DNA of 64,000 nucleotides from Camelus dromedarius (Eukaryota): the NCBI RefSeq assembly GCF_036321535.1, contig NC_087447.1:48362001-48426000 (forward strand), given 5' to 3'. The number at the start of each line of letters is the position of its first letter. Position 1 is the stretch's first letter. A program made the position numbers and the translations under genes. Below are positions 11,590 through 22,277 of the stretch, piece after piece. The notes beneath the pieces are model-generated. The model was not told where the DNA came from. It saw nothing but the letters and a program-made list of their open reading frames with translations, and searched no databases.

Positions 11590-13729
11590 GTAAGTTGGGG
11601 TGGGAGTGAGGCTTTTGGGTTGTGTTGGGGAAATCCGCACTTTCATCTCTTCCAAACTGAACTTCCCCTCACAGTTTAGGCAGACAAGATAAACCTTGTT
11701 CCTTCTCTTGCTTCTTGCACACCTACATCCTGGCTTTGGGCTGAATCAGGGTTCCCAATCCATCATCCTTTACCCTGCCTGCCCTCCTGGATGCCCTGCT
11801 TTCCCTAGCAATGAAATGGGGACTGAGGAGACTTTAATATTATGGAGACCCAAAGGATTGTGAACAGGAGAGTGACCTGACAGATGTGTTACAAATTTTA
11901 TTTTGGCTGACACGTGGGGTTTTCGCATTTAATAAACTGCATCTCTGAATAGTTCCATCAAGTCTTGGGGATTTACAGTATTTCTTAAAAAAGTCTAGGA
12001 CAGGAATCAGCACATTTTTCTGAAAAAAAATTTTTTTGACGAATATTTATCGAGCATCTACCATATGGGTTAGGTATAGTCTCATCAGCTGGAGATATGA
12101 ATCAGATGTGCAGGTTAACTTTGTTGGTGAATACAGATGTTGAATAAGTCACAGCAAGCATGATGAGGGTTAAAAAAGGGGATATACGGGGTATGTGGAA
12201 GCTATATTGGAAGGAGAGAGTCCACTTTGGAGGCTGTCATGGTAATCATGGCAAAAGATGAGGCTTGAAGCAGGGCAGTGGGCTGGGGAGAAAAGAAAGA
12301 ATGGACTTGGCCATTAATTAGATCATTAGAGGGTAAAGAAAAGGGGAGGAGTCTAAGTTCAGTTAAGGTTGGGTAGTGGTAATAGCTATACTTACTGAAT
12401 TGTGCAGATGCTGTTCTGAGAATGTTCCATCATTATTTCACTTATCACAGCAGCCCTGAGAGGTAGGTGCCATTATTATCCCAAGGCCATGTGCCAATAA
12501 CTAGCAGAGTCAGTATTCAGACACCTTGCTGACTATAATTGCCCACTGGAACCAAGTCCTTTAGGGGACCTCTGGGGGTTAAGTGTCTACAGTGTGGTTG
12601 GAGAAACAAGACACAAATTCATGAAACAGAACAATTTAGGACTGTGTGTGATGTCACCCAGTGTTCACAATATCTCCCTGGCCAGTGACACCTGTCTAGG
12701 GAAAGGTCACAAGGATGGAGGGCAGTTTGGAATGCAGAAAGATAAGCCCAAATTAAGCAATGGAAAGAGCAAGGTCTGAACCTAGGTTCTACTTGGTAGC
12801 TGTGTGACATGGGCAAATTGCTTAACCTCTCTGAGCTTCAGTTTCCCCATCTCTAAAAAAATTTAAAGGGTTGTTGTGGTATTGAAGTGGAATTATATGA
12901 GATAATGAGTATGAAAATGCCCAGCAACTATTTGCATCTGAAACCATGGCATATGAAGAGTGATTAAAAGAACAGTATATGTTCCAAACAATATCCTTAA
13001 CCCTTCTCCCCTGAAACAGCTCTTAAGGGATGAGTCACATGTTTGACACGCTCCTATGGTAGTACCTAGATTTTGACACCTCCCCCCAAAAAAGGTTAAA
13101 TTTATGTAATGAAGAAAAGTACCATGATGATTCATAATTGCCCAGCTATTAACTTCTCAGTATATTCATTCTAGACTGCCACGCCTGGGCTGTGACTTCA
13201 CCCCTTTCTCTCCCACTTAGGAAAGCAGGTGAATGAGAGTGATGTTACTGCATCTTTAAACTACTCAAATTTACATGAAAAACTGAACTCTTCTCAAACC
13301 TTGTTACTTTTTCTCACTGTTAGAGTTCTCTTGCAATTTCATACTTGACTGCAGCGTTTGTAGTTGAGAAGGGCTGGTTTGGAAGTCTCAGGGAGGTTGT
13401 GACAACCAATTATAAGGTCGGGGGCAGTCAGGGCACCTCAGGGCTCCTAGTATCAGGAGCCTGGGCTGTCCCTTGTAGTTTCCCTCCTACCTCTCACACC
13501 GTAATTCGTGGTCCCTAATTAAACTCTCCACAAATCTCTTTCCTCCTGGGACCCTGATGATACCTCAGATGCTGTGGGTGTGGCATCTCTGAGTGGTGGG
13601 ATTGGGCAGATACAGAAATGAGGAAGAGAATGAGCACAGAGGTGGGGGACAGTGAGAGGACCTGACCTGTGGCCAGTGCCTCTGACACCAAGCCCTCTGA
13701 CACCTTATTTTATCTAATCTTCCCAAGAG

Positions 13730-14140
13730 GCCTGTGTGTCAGTTTGGGCACCAAGACAGGATTAGATGTGCAAGAAGTGTTTTAAGGGAAACCCCTGTGA
13801 GGGTGAAGAGGGAGCAGGAGTGTGCAGACCACAGTGCAGATCTGATACATGTGAAAGGAGAGGGGGAGGGAGGGCTGAAGTGTGGCCTGGAAAAATCTCA
13901 GCCAGGCTGATAGGGAGGCCTCAGGCAGAGGTTGCGTATTGGAGGAGGCCTGGGTCCTGTAGGGAAGAGCCAGCACTGATACCCCCACCAAGCTGAGGCA
14001 TTGGCTGGGAGCCGCTCAGAGCCAGTGCAGCCTCACACAAATGGCCAGGAGGACAGCTGCTGGTGCTGTCAGTCAACTGTGCTCCCTACACTGGGTTCTC
14101 TTCCCAGGGCTCTGAGTGATGCTCCTCCCCGGCCACCACA
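13730..14140 (-). mobile_element. Old ERVL-type LTR relic (LTR16/LTR33-like)
   Basis: ccaagacaggattagatgtgcaag ... cagaccacagtgcagatctgatacatgtgaaagg resembles old ERVL LTRs; family and ends uncertain. Confidence 0.45.
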
Positions 14141-14246
14141 GCCCTGACTTACAGCTGGAGCATCAAAGCTCCAGGAGGCCACCAGGCAGCAGAGCCAGCT
14201 CTGAGCCGTGGTCTGAGTCTCAGGATACTAACCCTTGCTCCTCTAG

Positions 14247-14350
14247 GTATCGGAAACTTGCCCTTAAGAACCACCCATTTAAGTCCATTGAGCCATCCTC
14301 GGCAGAGACATTCAGGCAAATAGCAGAGGCCTACGATGTGCTGAGCGACC
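14247..14350 (+). CDS. DNAJB13: DNAJB13 exon 2 (J-domain)
   Basis: ctctag| [34 protein letters not shown] |gtgagt. Confidence 0.96.
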
Positions 14351-15184
14351 GTGAGTAACAGGGCTGAGCGTGGAGGGTGGCCCTCTGTCCTGCATCTATG
14401 TTAAGATCATTCCTTATGTCTCCGAGTGTCAGGCTTTCTGAGGGGGCCCAACAGAGAATAAACGTTCTTCGCTGCTCACATTTAAACAAACTGAGAAAAT
14501 AAACATAATTAACTGCCTTTCTCAGCAAACACCAGCTCAGGTGGAGGACGTGGTGTGAAGAGCTCCCAGATACGCTGACAGGTGCCCCTCAGCAGTGCAG
14601 GACCTGGGGCAGGGCTCCTCCACATCCCCACACTCCACCCATCCCCTGCAGGGATGCAGAGTGAGATGCTTCCTGCCCAGAGAAGAAGGCTGAGGCTGAG
14701 GCAGACACGCCTACTTATTCCTAGAAGATCACTAAAGTTTCTCCAGCCCCAAGTTTTCAGGACTTTGGACTCTAGGATTTCAAAACTCTAGAATTTTTAT
14801 ATTCTAAAATCTCAAGGTTCTAGGATTCTGTTTACCCCACATAAGACAGTAGCTCTATGATGACTGATACAATTCAGATCCCAGGATGATAGTCTGACCC
14901 TTAGGCCCTTGGTTTCTTCTCCAGTCCCCACCCCTCCCCCAGCAAGTCTCAGTCTTCCCTGTTTCTCCTGTTGGGTATGGGGCCTTAGCTATATCCACTC
15001 ACAATGAAATTAAGCCCCTAACTTCCAAAGTCTCCCTCCAAAGACTGCCAGACAGCAGGCATTTTTGAAATAAGGCTGTTTTTCGCCTCGCCCCTTTCTC
15101 TCTGTCTCACAACCTACTTCCCAGCCCTCCAGCTCTCTCAGCCTCAAAGGCTGGCCCCCTACTCAAGGTGACACATATCCACAG

Positions 15185-15346
15185 CGGTGAAAAGAGGCAT
15201 CTATGACAAGTTCGGAGAGGAGGGCCTGAAGGGCGGGATTCCTCTGGAGTTTGGATCACAGACCCCATGGACAACTGGTTACGTCTTCCATGGCAACCCT
15301 GAAAAGGTTTTCCATGAGTTCTTCGGGGGAGATAACCCCTTTAATG
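15185..15346 (+). CDS. DNAJB13: DNAJB13 exon 3
   Basis: cacag| [17 protein letters not shown]...FFGGDNPFN |gtaaga. Confidence 0.96.
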
Positions 15347-15522
15347 GTAAGAGGTCCTGCCTGCCCCTTTGCCTTACTGGGGAAGCACAGAGCTTTAGAA
15401 GATGCTTTTCTTTGAGTAGTTTTGTTACCGGCCAGGGTTCTTGGATTTCTTTATTATTATTTTTTAAATTTTTTAAAATTTATTTATTATTATTTTTATT
15501 GGATTTCTTAATCAATAGAAAT

Positions 15523-15911
15523 TGATGAGAGGCCAGACAAGAAATTCAGGCAAGGCTTTATTGGGACTCGTGCTGCAGCACGAGGGAGTGAAAATGAGTA
15601 ACAGGTTTCCCTGCTCCCTCCCTGAGGAGGTGGCAAACTGGTCCCTTAAATGGGGTGGTGTAGAGGTGGATCCAGGGGTTGGGCCACCCTCTTGGTAGTG
15701 CTGTGTGTGCAGGGATCATGTGCTGTGTCCTGTTTTTGTTCGGGACTCTTCAAAGTGGTGGTGAGGTTTTTGGTCTTTTTGTATCTTGTTCATAATTTGC
15801 CCTAGTTGTACCTTTTAGTCCCTTCTAGTTTCTTTGTATTTTGTTGCTAGAGGGGATGTTTGTCCAGGTGCAAGCACTGTAGCAAAGGGTCCGAGGTACC
15901 AGCCTGTCTCA
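15523..15911 (-). mobile_element. Probable solo ERV LTR, antisense in DNAJB13 intron 3
   Basis: TG...CA termini and a minus-strand AATAAA (tttatt 15557-15562) near one end. No clear TSD. Confidence 0.5.
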
Positions 15912-18173
15912 GCTTTGTTTACTTGAAGAAATATATATAGTACATGGTGGGAAAAAACAACAACAAAAACCCAATTCATTGAAAAAGAAATAAATCCCAG
16001 CCCTCCATCCCTTCCCCAGAAGCAGCCACTCATTATTAACAGTTTATGTATCTTTCTAGAAATATTCTATGCATTTATGAGCTTATATTTATTTTTTATG
16101 TCTTTTATTTTAAGGTAATAGGGCCACATAGTACACATTGATTTTTTTCACTTATACTTAGCGATTACCTTCTTATACATTATATTATATACAGATCTAC
16201 TTTATTCATTTTAATGGCTGCTTAAGATTTCATTGTACAGGTGTATGTTAGTCAGCTGAGTACAGGGATGGATGGGAGGATGATCCCAGGTCCTAGAAAA
16301 ACTGACAAAGAATTGACTTCCAAGATTCAGTCATCTTGCAAGGACAGTTCACCTTCAGACCTGTCTTGCTGGCTCCATTGAAGCAACTCAGAATCGTGAT
16401 TTTCACTGCCTGGCTTCCCCAGCCCTTTCTCCCTGGCTATATCACAGCCTGTCTACATTTCAAAAGTTCTCTCTTCCTTGTCTCCATGTTAATATGCTTT
16501 GTGGCTGGCTGCTTCTCCACATCAGAGGTCCTGCCCACTGTGCATTGCCTTCACCTGTCGGCCAGAGGAGGCTGAGTTTATAAACTCCATGTGAGACTGG
16601 AAAAAGCAACGGACTTGGAGTCAGAGGACCTGTCTCAAATCCATGCGCCACCACTTATGAACTGTGTGATTCTGGGCAAATCAATTCACCTCTCTGAAAC
16701 AGCTTCCTCATTGTTAAATAGCCATTCCTCACAGGTCATTATCAAATGAGATTAATGTTTATGAAAACAGGCTTTGCATTCAGAAAAATACCATACGATG
16801 GGCCTGTCTTTCAGGGACAGATCCATGGAGAGAGGCTGTTCAGAGGAGCCAAACCAGAGCTTACAGGGGCATCGCCTGTTCATGGTTCAGGGGTCCCTCA
16901 GGCAGTTCCCAGGAGCTATACTGCTATAGTGCTTCACCCCAGGGGTTCTTGTGTCCCATCTCCCTGCAGAATTGCAGGGCTGGGCTTCCTGTGACCTGGG
17001 TTTTGAGGTGTCTGAGACCTGGCATATCATGGGTGCTATGTGAACAAATGAATTCAGTGGTGCAAGAGGGGACCTGGTAATTCATAGGCCTCTTGATGAC
17101 CCATCACATCTTAAGGCGACAGAGTGAGACTCTGCCTTGCCCCCCAGCCTAAGGTCATTGTACTATTCTAGCCTATGAAGTTCTTTTTGTGGCACAAACT
17201 ATGAGGGGCAGAGTACAGAAAAGCTGAATCATGACAGAGACCACTGACTACAGTTTACAAACGGCTTCACATCTAGCATTAAGCCTAGTGGTTAAGGGCA
17301 GTGGTTCTATAGTCATATCATCCTGGGTTCAGATCCCAACTCTACTTACTTGCTGTGAGACGGTGAGCTCTTTGACCTCTCTGGGTCAATGAGATAATAA
17401 TACAAAGAGCTGAAAACAACACCTGACCCATGGTAAGCTCTCAGCTAGTTTTAATTCATCATCATCTTGTTATCTGATCCTCATGGTGGAAGGCAGGTCA
17501 GGCATGTTACCCCACCCCACAGAGTGAGAAACTGAAGCCTGGACAATTGCACTGCGCATCACAGGGAAGGGGCTCTTTGCACTAGGATGGAAGGTGGGAC
17601 AGCAAGAGGGGTTATGAGTGTAGAGCTGGGCAGGGGCAAAAGAAGTTGAGGAGAGAGGAGTTTGGGGACACACTGGTGATGTCTCAAATTTGTTAGGGCT
17701 TAACTGTGCTCCTCCCACATCTCAGCTGCTGACTTCATAGAAATTTGAATCTGGGGTCTCTAGTGGTCTTGAGCTGGACTGGACAGTGAGAGGCAGTGGA
17801 GCTTGGGGAAAGGTAGGGAGAACTGGCAGGCTCTGACCCTCCTCCACAAAAGCTAACAGCGTGTCATTTCTGCACTACCAGGCACTGCCACCAGCGGGCA
17901 CTCCTCTCCTGAGGGACACATCCCTGATTTTGGCGGTAGAGTGGGGATGGAGTCCAAAGCAGAGATGGAGCAGTGGAGAGTGGCAAGGGACAGTAATAAT
18001 TGGATTTGCAGTTGAGGACAGCTCGTTGGACTGACCAAACTGTCTGAATATGAAAAGTGGGAATAGGAGGCTGGATATAACACTTGGAAACTGAAGAGGT
18101 AGGGGGGTTGTCTACGAATCCAAGTCTCTGGACACAATTTCTCTTACTCCTTACTTCTCCCCACCTCCTGCAG

Positions 18174-18331
18174 AGTTTTTTGATACAGAAAGAAATGAGG
18201 TGGATTTGAACTTCGGGGGGCTCCGGGGCCGAGGGGTCAAGAAACAGGACCCCCCAATTGAACGAGACCTCTACCTGTCCCTGGAGGACTTATTCTTTGG
18301 CTGCACCAAGAAAATTAAGATCTCTCGAAGG
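18174..18331 (+). CDS. DNAJB13: DNAJB13 exon 4
   Basis: ctgcag| [15 protein letters not shown]...[10 protein letters not shown] |gtgagt. Confidence 0.96.
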
Positions 18332-18485
18332 GTGAGTACTTGGGAGCCACCTTCTATCCCCTCCAACCCTACTGGTCACCTCCTTCCTGACCCTAACTGG
18401 AGACCTCATATATAGTCTCTCATGGAATCATGGAATCTTAGATTTAGAATTCTAAAATCTGAAATTTGGAAGGGACAGTTGAGGA

Positions 18486-18930
18486 TGTAACCGAGCAGGA
18501 CCATATGGGGCCTTCCCGGGACAGACCTCTCCCAGATATCCTCTGCTGTAGTTCCTTTCTGGAGTACCCAGATAATAGTATCTCATCTCATACATCCAAG
18601 TTTTTCAGATGCTAAAAACCACCACCAAATGGAAGAAATTAACTACTTGATGATCATGAGCACTTAGCCCTCCTTCTGGCACCTAAGGATTGATCACTAT
18701 CAACCAATCAGAGAACTGCACAGCTGATCACATACCTTGGGACGCCCCTCCCTCAGCTGGCCTTTAAAAATGCTCAGCTGAAACCCTTGAGGGAGTTCAG
18801 GGTTATTTTTAGGGGGCACGAGCCACCCATTCTCCTTGCTTGGCCCTGCAGTAAACCCATCTCTGCTCCAAACTCCAATGTTTTCCTATTGTTTGGCCTC
18901 ACTGTGCACATGGTCTTGTGTTCAGTAACA
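18486..18930 (+). mobile_element. Solo ERV1-type LTR in DNAJB13 intron 4 (sense)
   Basis: TGTAAC...GTAACA termini, 4-bp TSD AGGA/AGGG, CCAAT 18704, TTTAAAA 18763, AGTAAA 18850. Homologous to 37817-38337. Confidence 0.85.
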
Positions 18931-19751
18931 AGGGAATTAGCCTGGTTCTTTCCCAGTGCAGGAATCCCCTCTGCCTGCTCCTAACTGGGATGAGAGCTCT
19001 CCCTTCTCAGTTCAGCCCCATCCCTGAGGGAAGAGGAGGAGAATCTCCTGTGAATTCTGGTCTCTGGGTGTTTCCAGACAATACCCTCTGGGTTTCATCT
19101 GTGTGTACACCCCATGAATAAGAAGGAGCAGTGTGGGCATGGGGGGTGGGCTGGGGGACAGTCCTCCCAGGGTCCAGTCCTTGGCTTGGCCCTGTCCCAT
19201 GGTCCAGCCCTGTACTAGACACATGAGCAAGGTCCCCTCATACCTTTGCCCAGCAGAGGAGTTGCCAACTGGAGCCATGCTTTCCACAGATGGCACCCAT
19301 CTGGGCATGTGATTGGGGAATGGATGGAAGACATAAGAGATGGTAAGGCTGAGATATGTCGACCTCCAGTGGTATTTCTCCCTTTGGGATTAAGAGACCT
19401 GCCAGAGGCTCAAGGCCAAGCTTCTGGGGTGGGTGAGGAACTGAGTTCATGTTCACTGTGTGTCTGTTAGTGGCCAGGGCCACATAATTTCTAGGGCTGG
19501 AATTGTGGCCTTGATCAAATCATGGTGACTGCTTGGCATCTCAGGCCCCAGCCACATCGCTCGCCCTGCCATCCTGGAATCATAAGTTCTTGGTTCCAGT
19601 GGAATAGGGTGGGCATGGGGATGGCTCGGGCAAGTTCTCCCTGTTGCTAGAGGATTGAGCTGAGCATAGATCCCACAGACCATCTTTCACATGGGTAAAG
19701 GCCCACTGGGAAATCCTGAGCAAACCTCCCTCCCCTGTCATTTCACTACAG

Positions 19752-19865
19752 GTGCTGAACGAGGATGGGTACTCCTCTATCATCAAGGACAAGATCCTCA
19801 CAATTGATGTGAAGCCTGGTTGGAGGCAGGGCACACGTATCACCTTCGAGAAGGAAGGGGACCAG
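19752..19865 (+). CDS. DNAJB13: DNAJB13 exon 5
   Basis: ctacag| [38 protein letters not shown] |gtgaga. Confidence 0.96.
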
Positions 19866-20229
19866 GTGAGAGAGAGGGACGCTGACTAGAGTCAGTCACC
19901 AGGGCTCATGTGGTGGAAAGACTGAGGTGGAAGGAGGCAGTGCTTTTTCTTGCCTCTGGGAGCCCTGATCTGGCAGGGCGAACACAGGAGTGACTGAGCT
20001 GATCCCTAATGTGCCTTCCAAAGGACAGGCGGGGGTTGGTGGGAAGTAGGATTCACTGGGGTAGGCTTCTCAGAGGAGGGGCTATGAGGCCAAACTGAAA
20101 AGGCCCTTCCAGAAAACCTGGTCTAATCTCCTTTGTTCACATGAAGACATGGAGCCCAATAGAGGCGGGAACTTGATCAAGGTCACAGAGCCAATCAGTC
20201 CTTGTCACTCTTTGGCCTCCCCTGCCCAG

Positions 20230-20343
20230 GGTCCCAACATCATCCCAGCGGACATCATCTTCATCGTAAAGGAGAAGCTACACCCTCGCTTCCGCAGGGA
20301 GAATGACAACCTCTTTTTTGTGTACTCCATCCCCTTGGGCAAG
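20230..20343 (+). CDS. DNAJB13: DNAJB13 exon 6
   Basis: gcccag| [38 protein letters not shown] |gtgagt. Confidence 0.96.
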
Positions 20344-21287
20344 GTGAGTGGGTGAAGTGGAGGAGCAAGGGGTGGGCAGATCAGAATGAGGCCCCCAACC
20401 CCACCACACCCCATATAAGGCCTGAAGGCAAGGAAGCCTCACCTTCCACTCACCCCGGTGCATGGTGCAGCCTCCAGAACTTGAGGAATGCCACACAGCA
20501 TCTTCGTGGCTGTCTTCACTCCTGACTGTGAGTGGCCCCTCTGTGCCCTCACAACCCAAACAAGAAACGGCGCCCCAGCCTGGACTCTGCTGCCCCTCAT
20601 CCACCCCACCTGCAGGCAGGCACTCAGTCAGTCCCGTCAATCCCACTGCCAGATCTCTCTCTGCCTGGTCCATTTCTGTTCATCCCCACTGCCTGGGTCT
20701 GTGCAACTGGATGTGTGCAGCAGCCTCCTCAGTGGCCCTCCTGCCTCCCTTCTCGTCTCCTCCAGACACTTCCCCACCACGTCACACTCCTGTCCAAGCA
20801 TCTTTGCATGGCATTCAAGGCCTCCGGATATCTGGCCCCTGCTGATCTCATCCCCTGCATTCCAGCCACTGCCACTTAGAGCTCCTGCCCATTGGGTGCA
20901 TTTTTCTTTTCACACCTGGGTTCTCTTATACATGCTGGGCCCTCTGCCTGGAGTGCTGTCTCCCCACCTCCCGTTCCTTTAAGGGCCTTATCAACTGCTA
21001 CCACCGCTGTGAAGCCCTCCTGCCCCATCCCAGAATGGCTTGGGGGCCCCTCCTTGTCTCCCACTGATGCTTTTACTTCCTCTGTCATAACACATATTGA
21101 CATCAGTCTCACCTACCAGACTGTGAACTCCTTGGGTGACTCACTTACTTGTTTGTCCTTGAACATCCTATTGTCTCCTTGAGGCCCAGCTTAGGGCCTG
21201 GCACTGAATAATCTCATAAAGTGCCTTTTAAACAGAATGGACATGGGGACCTTCCCTACTCACACCCTTGGCCTTAATGTCCCCTAG

Positions 21288-21364
21288 GCTCTGACCTGCT
21301 GCACCGTGGAGGTGAAGACCCTAGATGACCGTCTGCTCAACATCCCTATCAATGACATCGTCCA
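21288..21364 (+). CDS. DNAJB13: DNAJB13 exon 7
   Basis: ccctag| ALTCCTVEVKTLDDRLLNIPINDIV |gtgagt. Confidence 0.96.
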
Positions 21365-21971
21365 GTGAGTTCATTTGCTTGGGCCCCCATAGGCAAAAGA
21401 AGGACTGTCTGGGCTTTAGTGGGTGTGTCAGACAGGCCAGCCTGGTACAGTTGTTCAGGTTGCATCCAGCACAAGAGGGTGAAAGAGACTGAAATCCAGG
21501 CCCCACTCTGGCCAAGCTATAGGCTACATTCTCCTGGCAAATGGAATACCTTTTTCTAACTTGCCTAAAGCCACTGAAGAGGCTAGAGGCCCCCAGTCAT
21601 TTCTTGTTGCCGTCATCCTCCAGAACCTCTCTGGAGAGCTCTGAGTTGCATCCCCTAAGCCCTTTTCCAAGCCAGGTCCTTCACATGGGAAGCTTGCTCA
21701 GCTGTCCAGCACTCCCCACCCCCAACCCAGGGTCTGCTCATGTTCCTTCACTCCTTGTCTGGTTTCCCATCTTAAAAAGAGATTCCCGGAATCCTCCATC
21801 AGAGATTTCCAGCTGTCTGGAACAAGCCAGACTCCCCTTCCCTCCCACCAGTTCTAGAAGCTGGTGATTGCCCCACACCTGAGGTAATGTGAGCCAGGGT
21901 GGATGGGATCTGTTGAAGTGCTGCTCTGGGGTGCACTCTGAACCCTCTTCTTTCATCCTCCCCTGTCTCAG

Positions 21972-22125
21972 TCCCAAGTACTTCAAGAAGGTGCCAGGTG
22001 AGGGGATGCCATTGCCAGAGGACCCCACCAAGAAGGGGGACCTCTTCATCTTCTTTGACATCCAGTTCCCCACCCACCTCACACCACAGAAGAAGCAGCT
22101 GCTGCGCCAGGCATTGCTGACATAG
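21972..22125 (+). CDS. DNAJB13: DNAJB13 exon 8 coding part
   Basis: tctcag| [33 protein letters not shown]...RQALLT TAG. Confidence 0.96.
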
Positions 22126-22271
22126 TTCTGGTGGGCTGGGAGCTGGAGGAGGAAGAGGAGGCTAGCTGGGCCTTACCCTACCTGAACCCCCACAGCTTCA
22201 GGGTGGGCGGGGGGCCAGCCCACTGTACAGACATGTGAGGATGGGATGACATGGGACTTTTAAACTGACAC

Positions 22272-22277
22272 AATAAA
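22272..22277 (+). terminator. DNAJB13 poly(A) signal
   Basis: AATAAA about 147 nt after the stop, with a GT-rich tract (gtgtgtgttgg) downstream. Confidence 0.75.

Larger units (their letters stand above)
11522..22125 (+). other. DNAJB13: DNAJB13 coding span (8 exons, 316 aa; radial-spoke HSP40)
   Basis: join(11522..11589,14247..14350,15185..15346,18174..18331,19752..19865,20230..20343,21288..21364,21972..22125) = 951 nt, open frame, all introns GT-AG. Confidence 0.97.

Noticed and set aside
20278..21182. Cluster of overlapping 100-164 aa ORFs in DNAJB13 intron 6
   Set aside because: GC-rich, L2-like intronic sequence open in several frames, with no protein signature.
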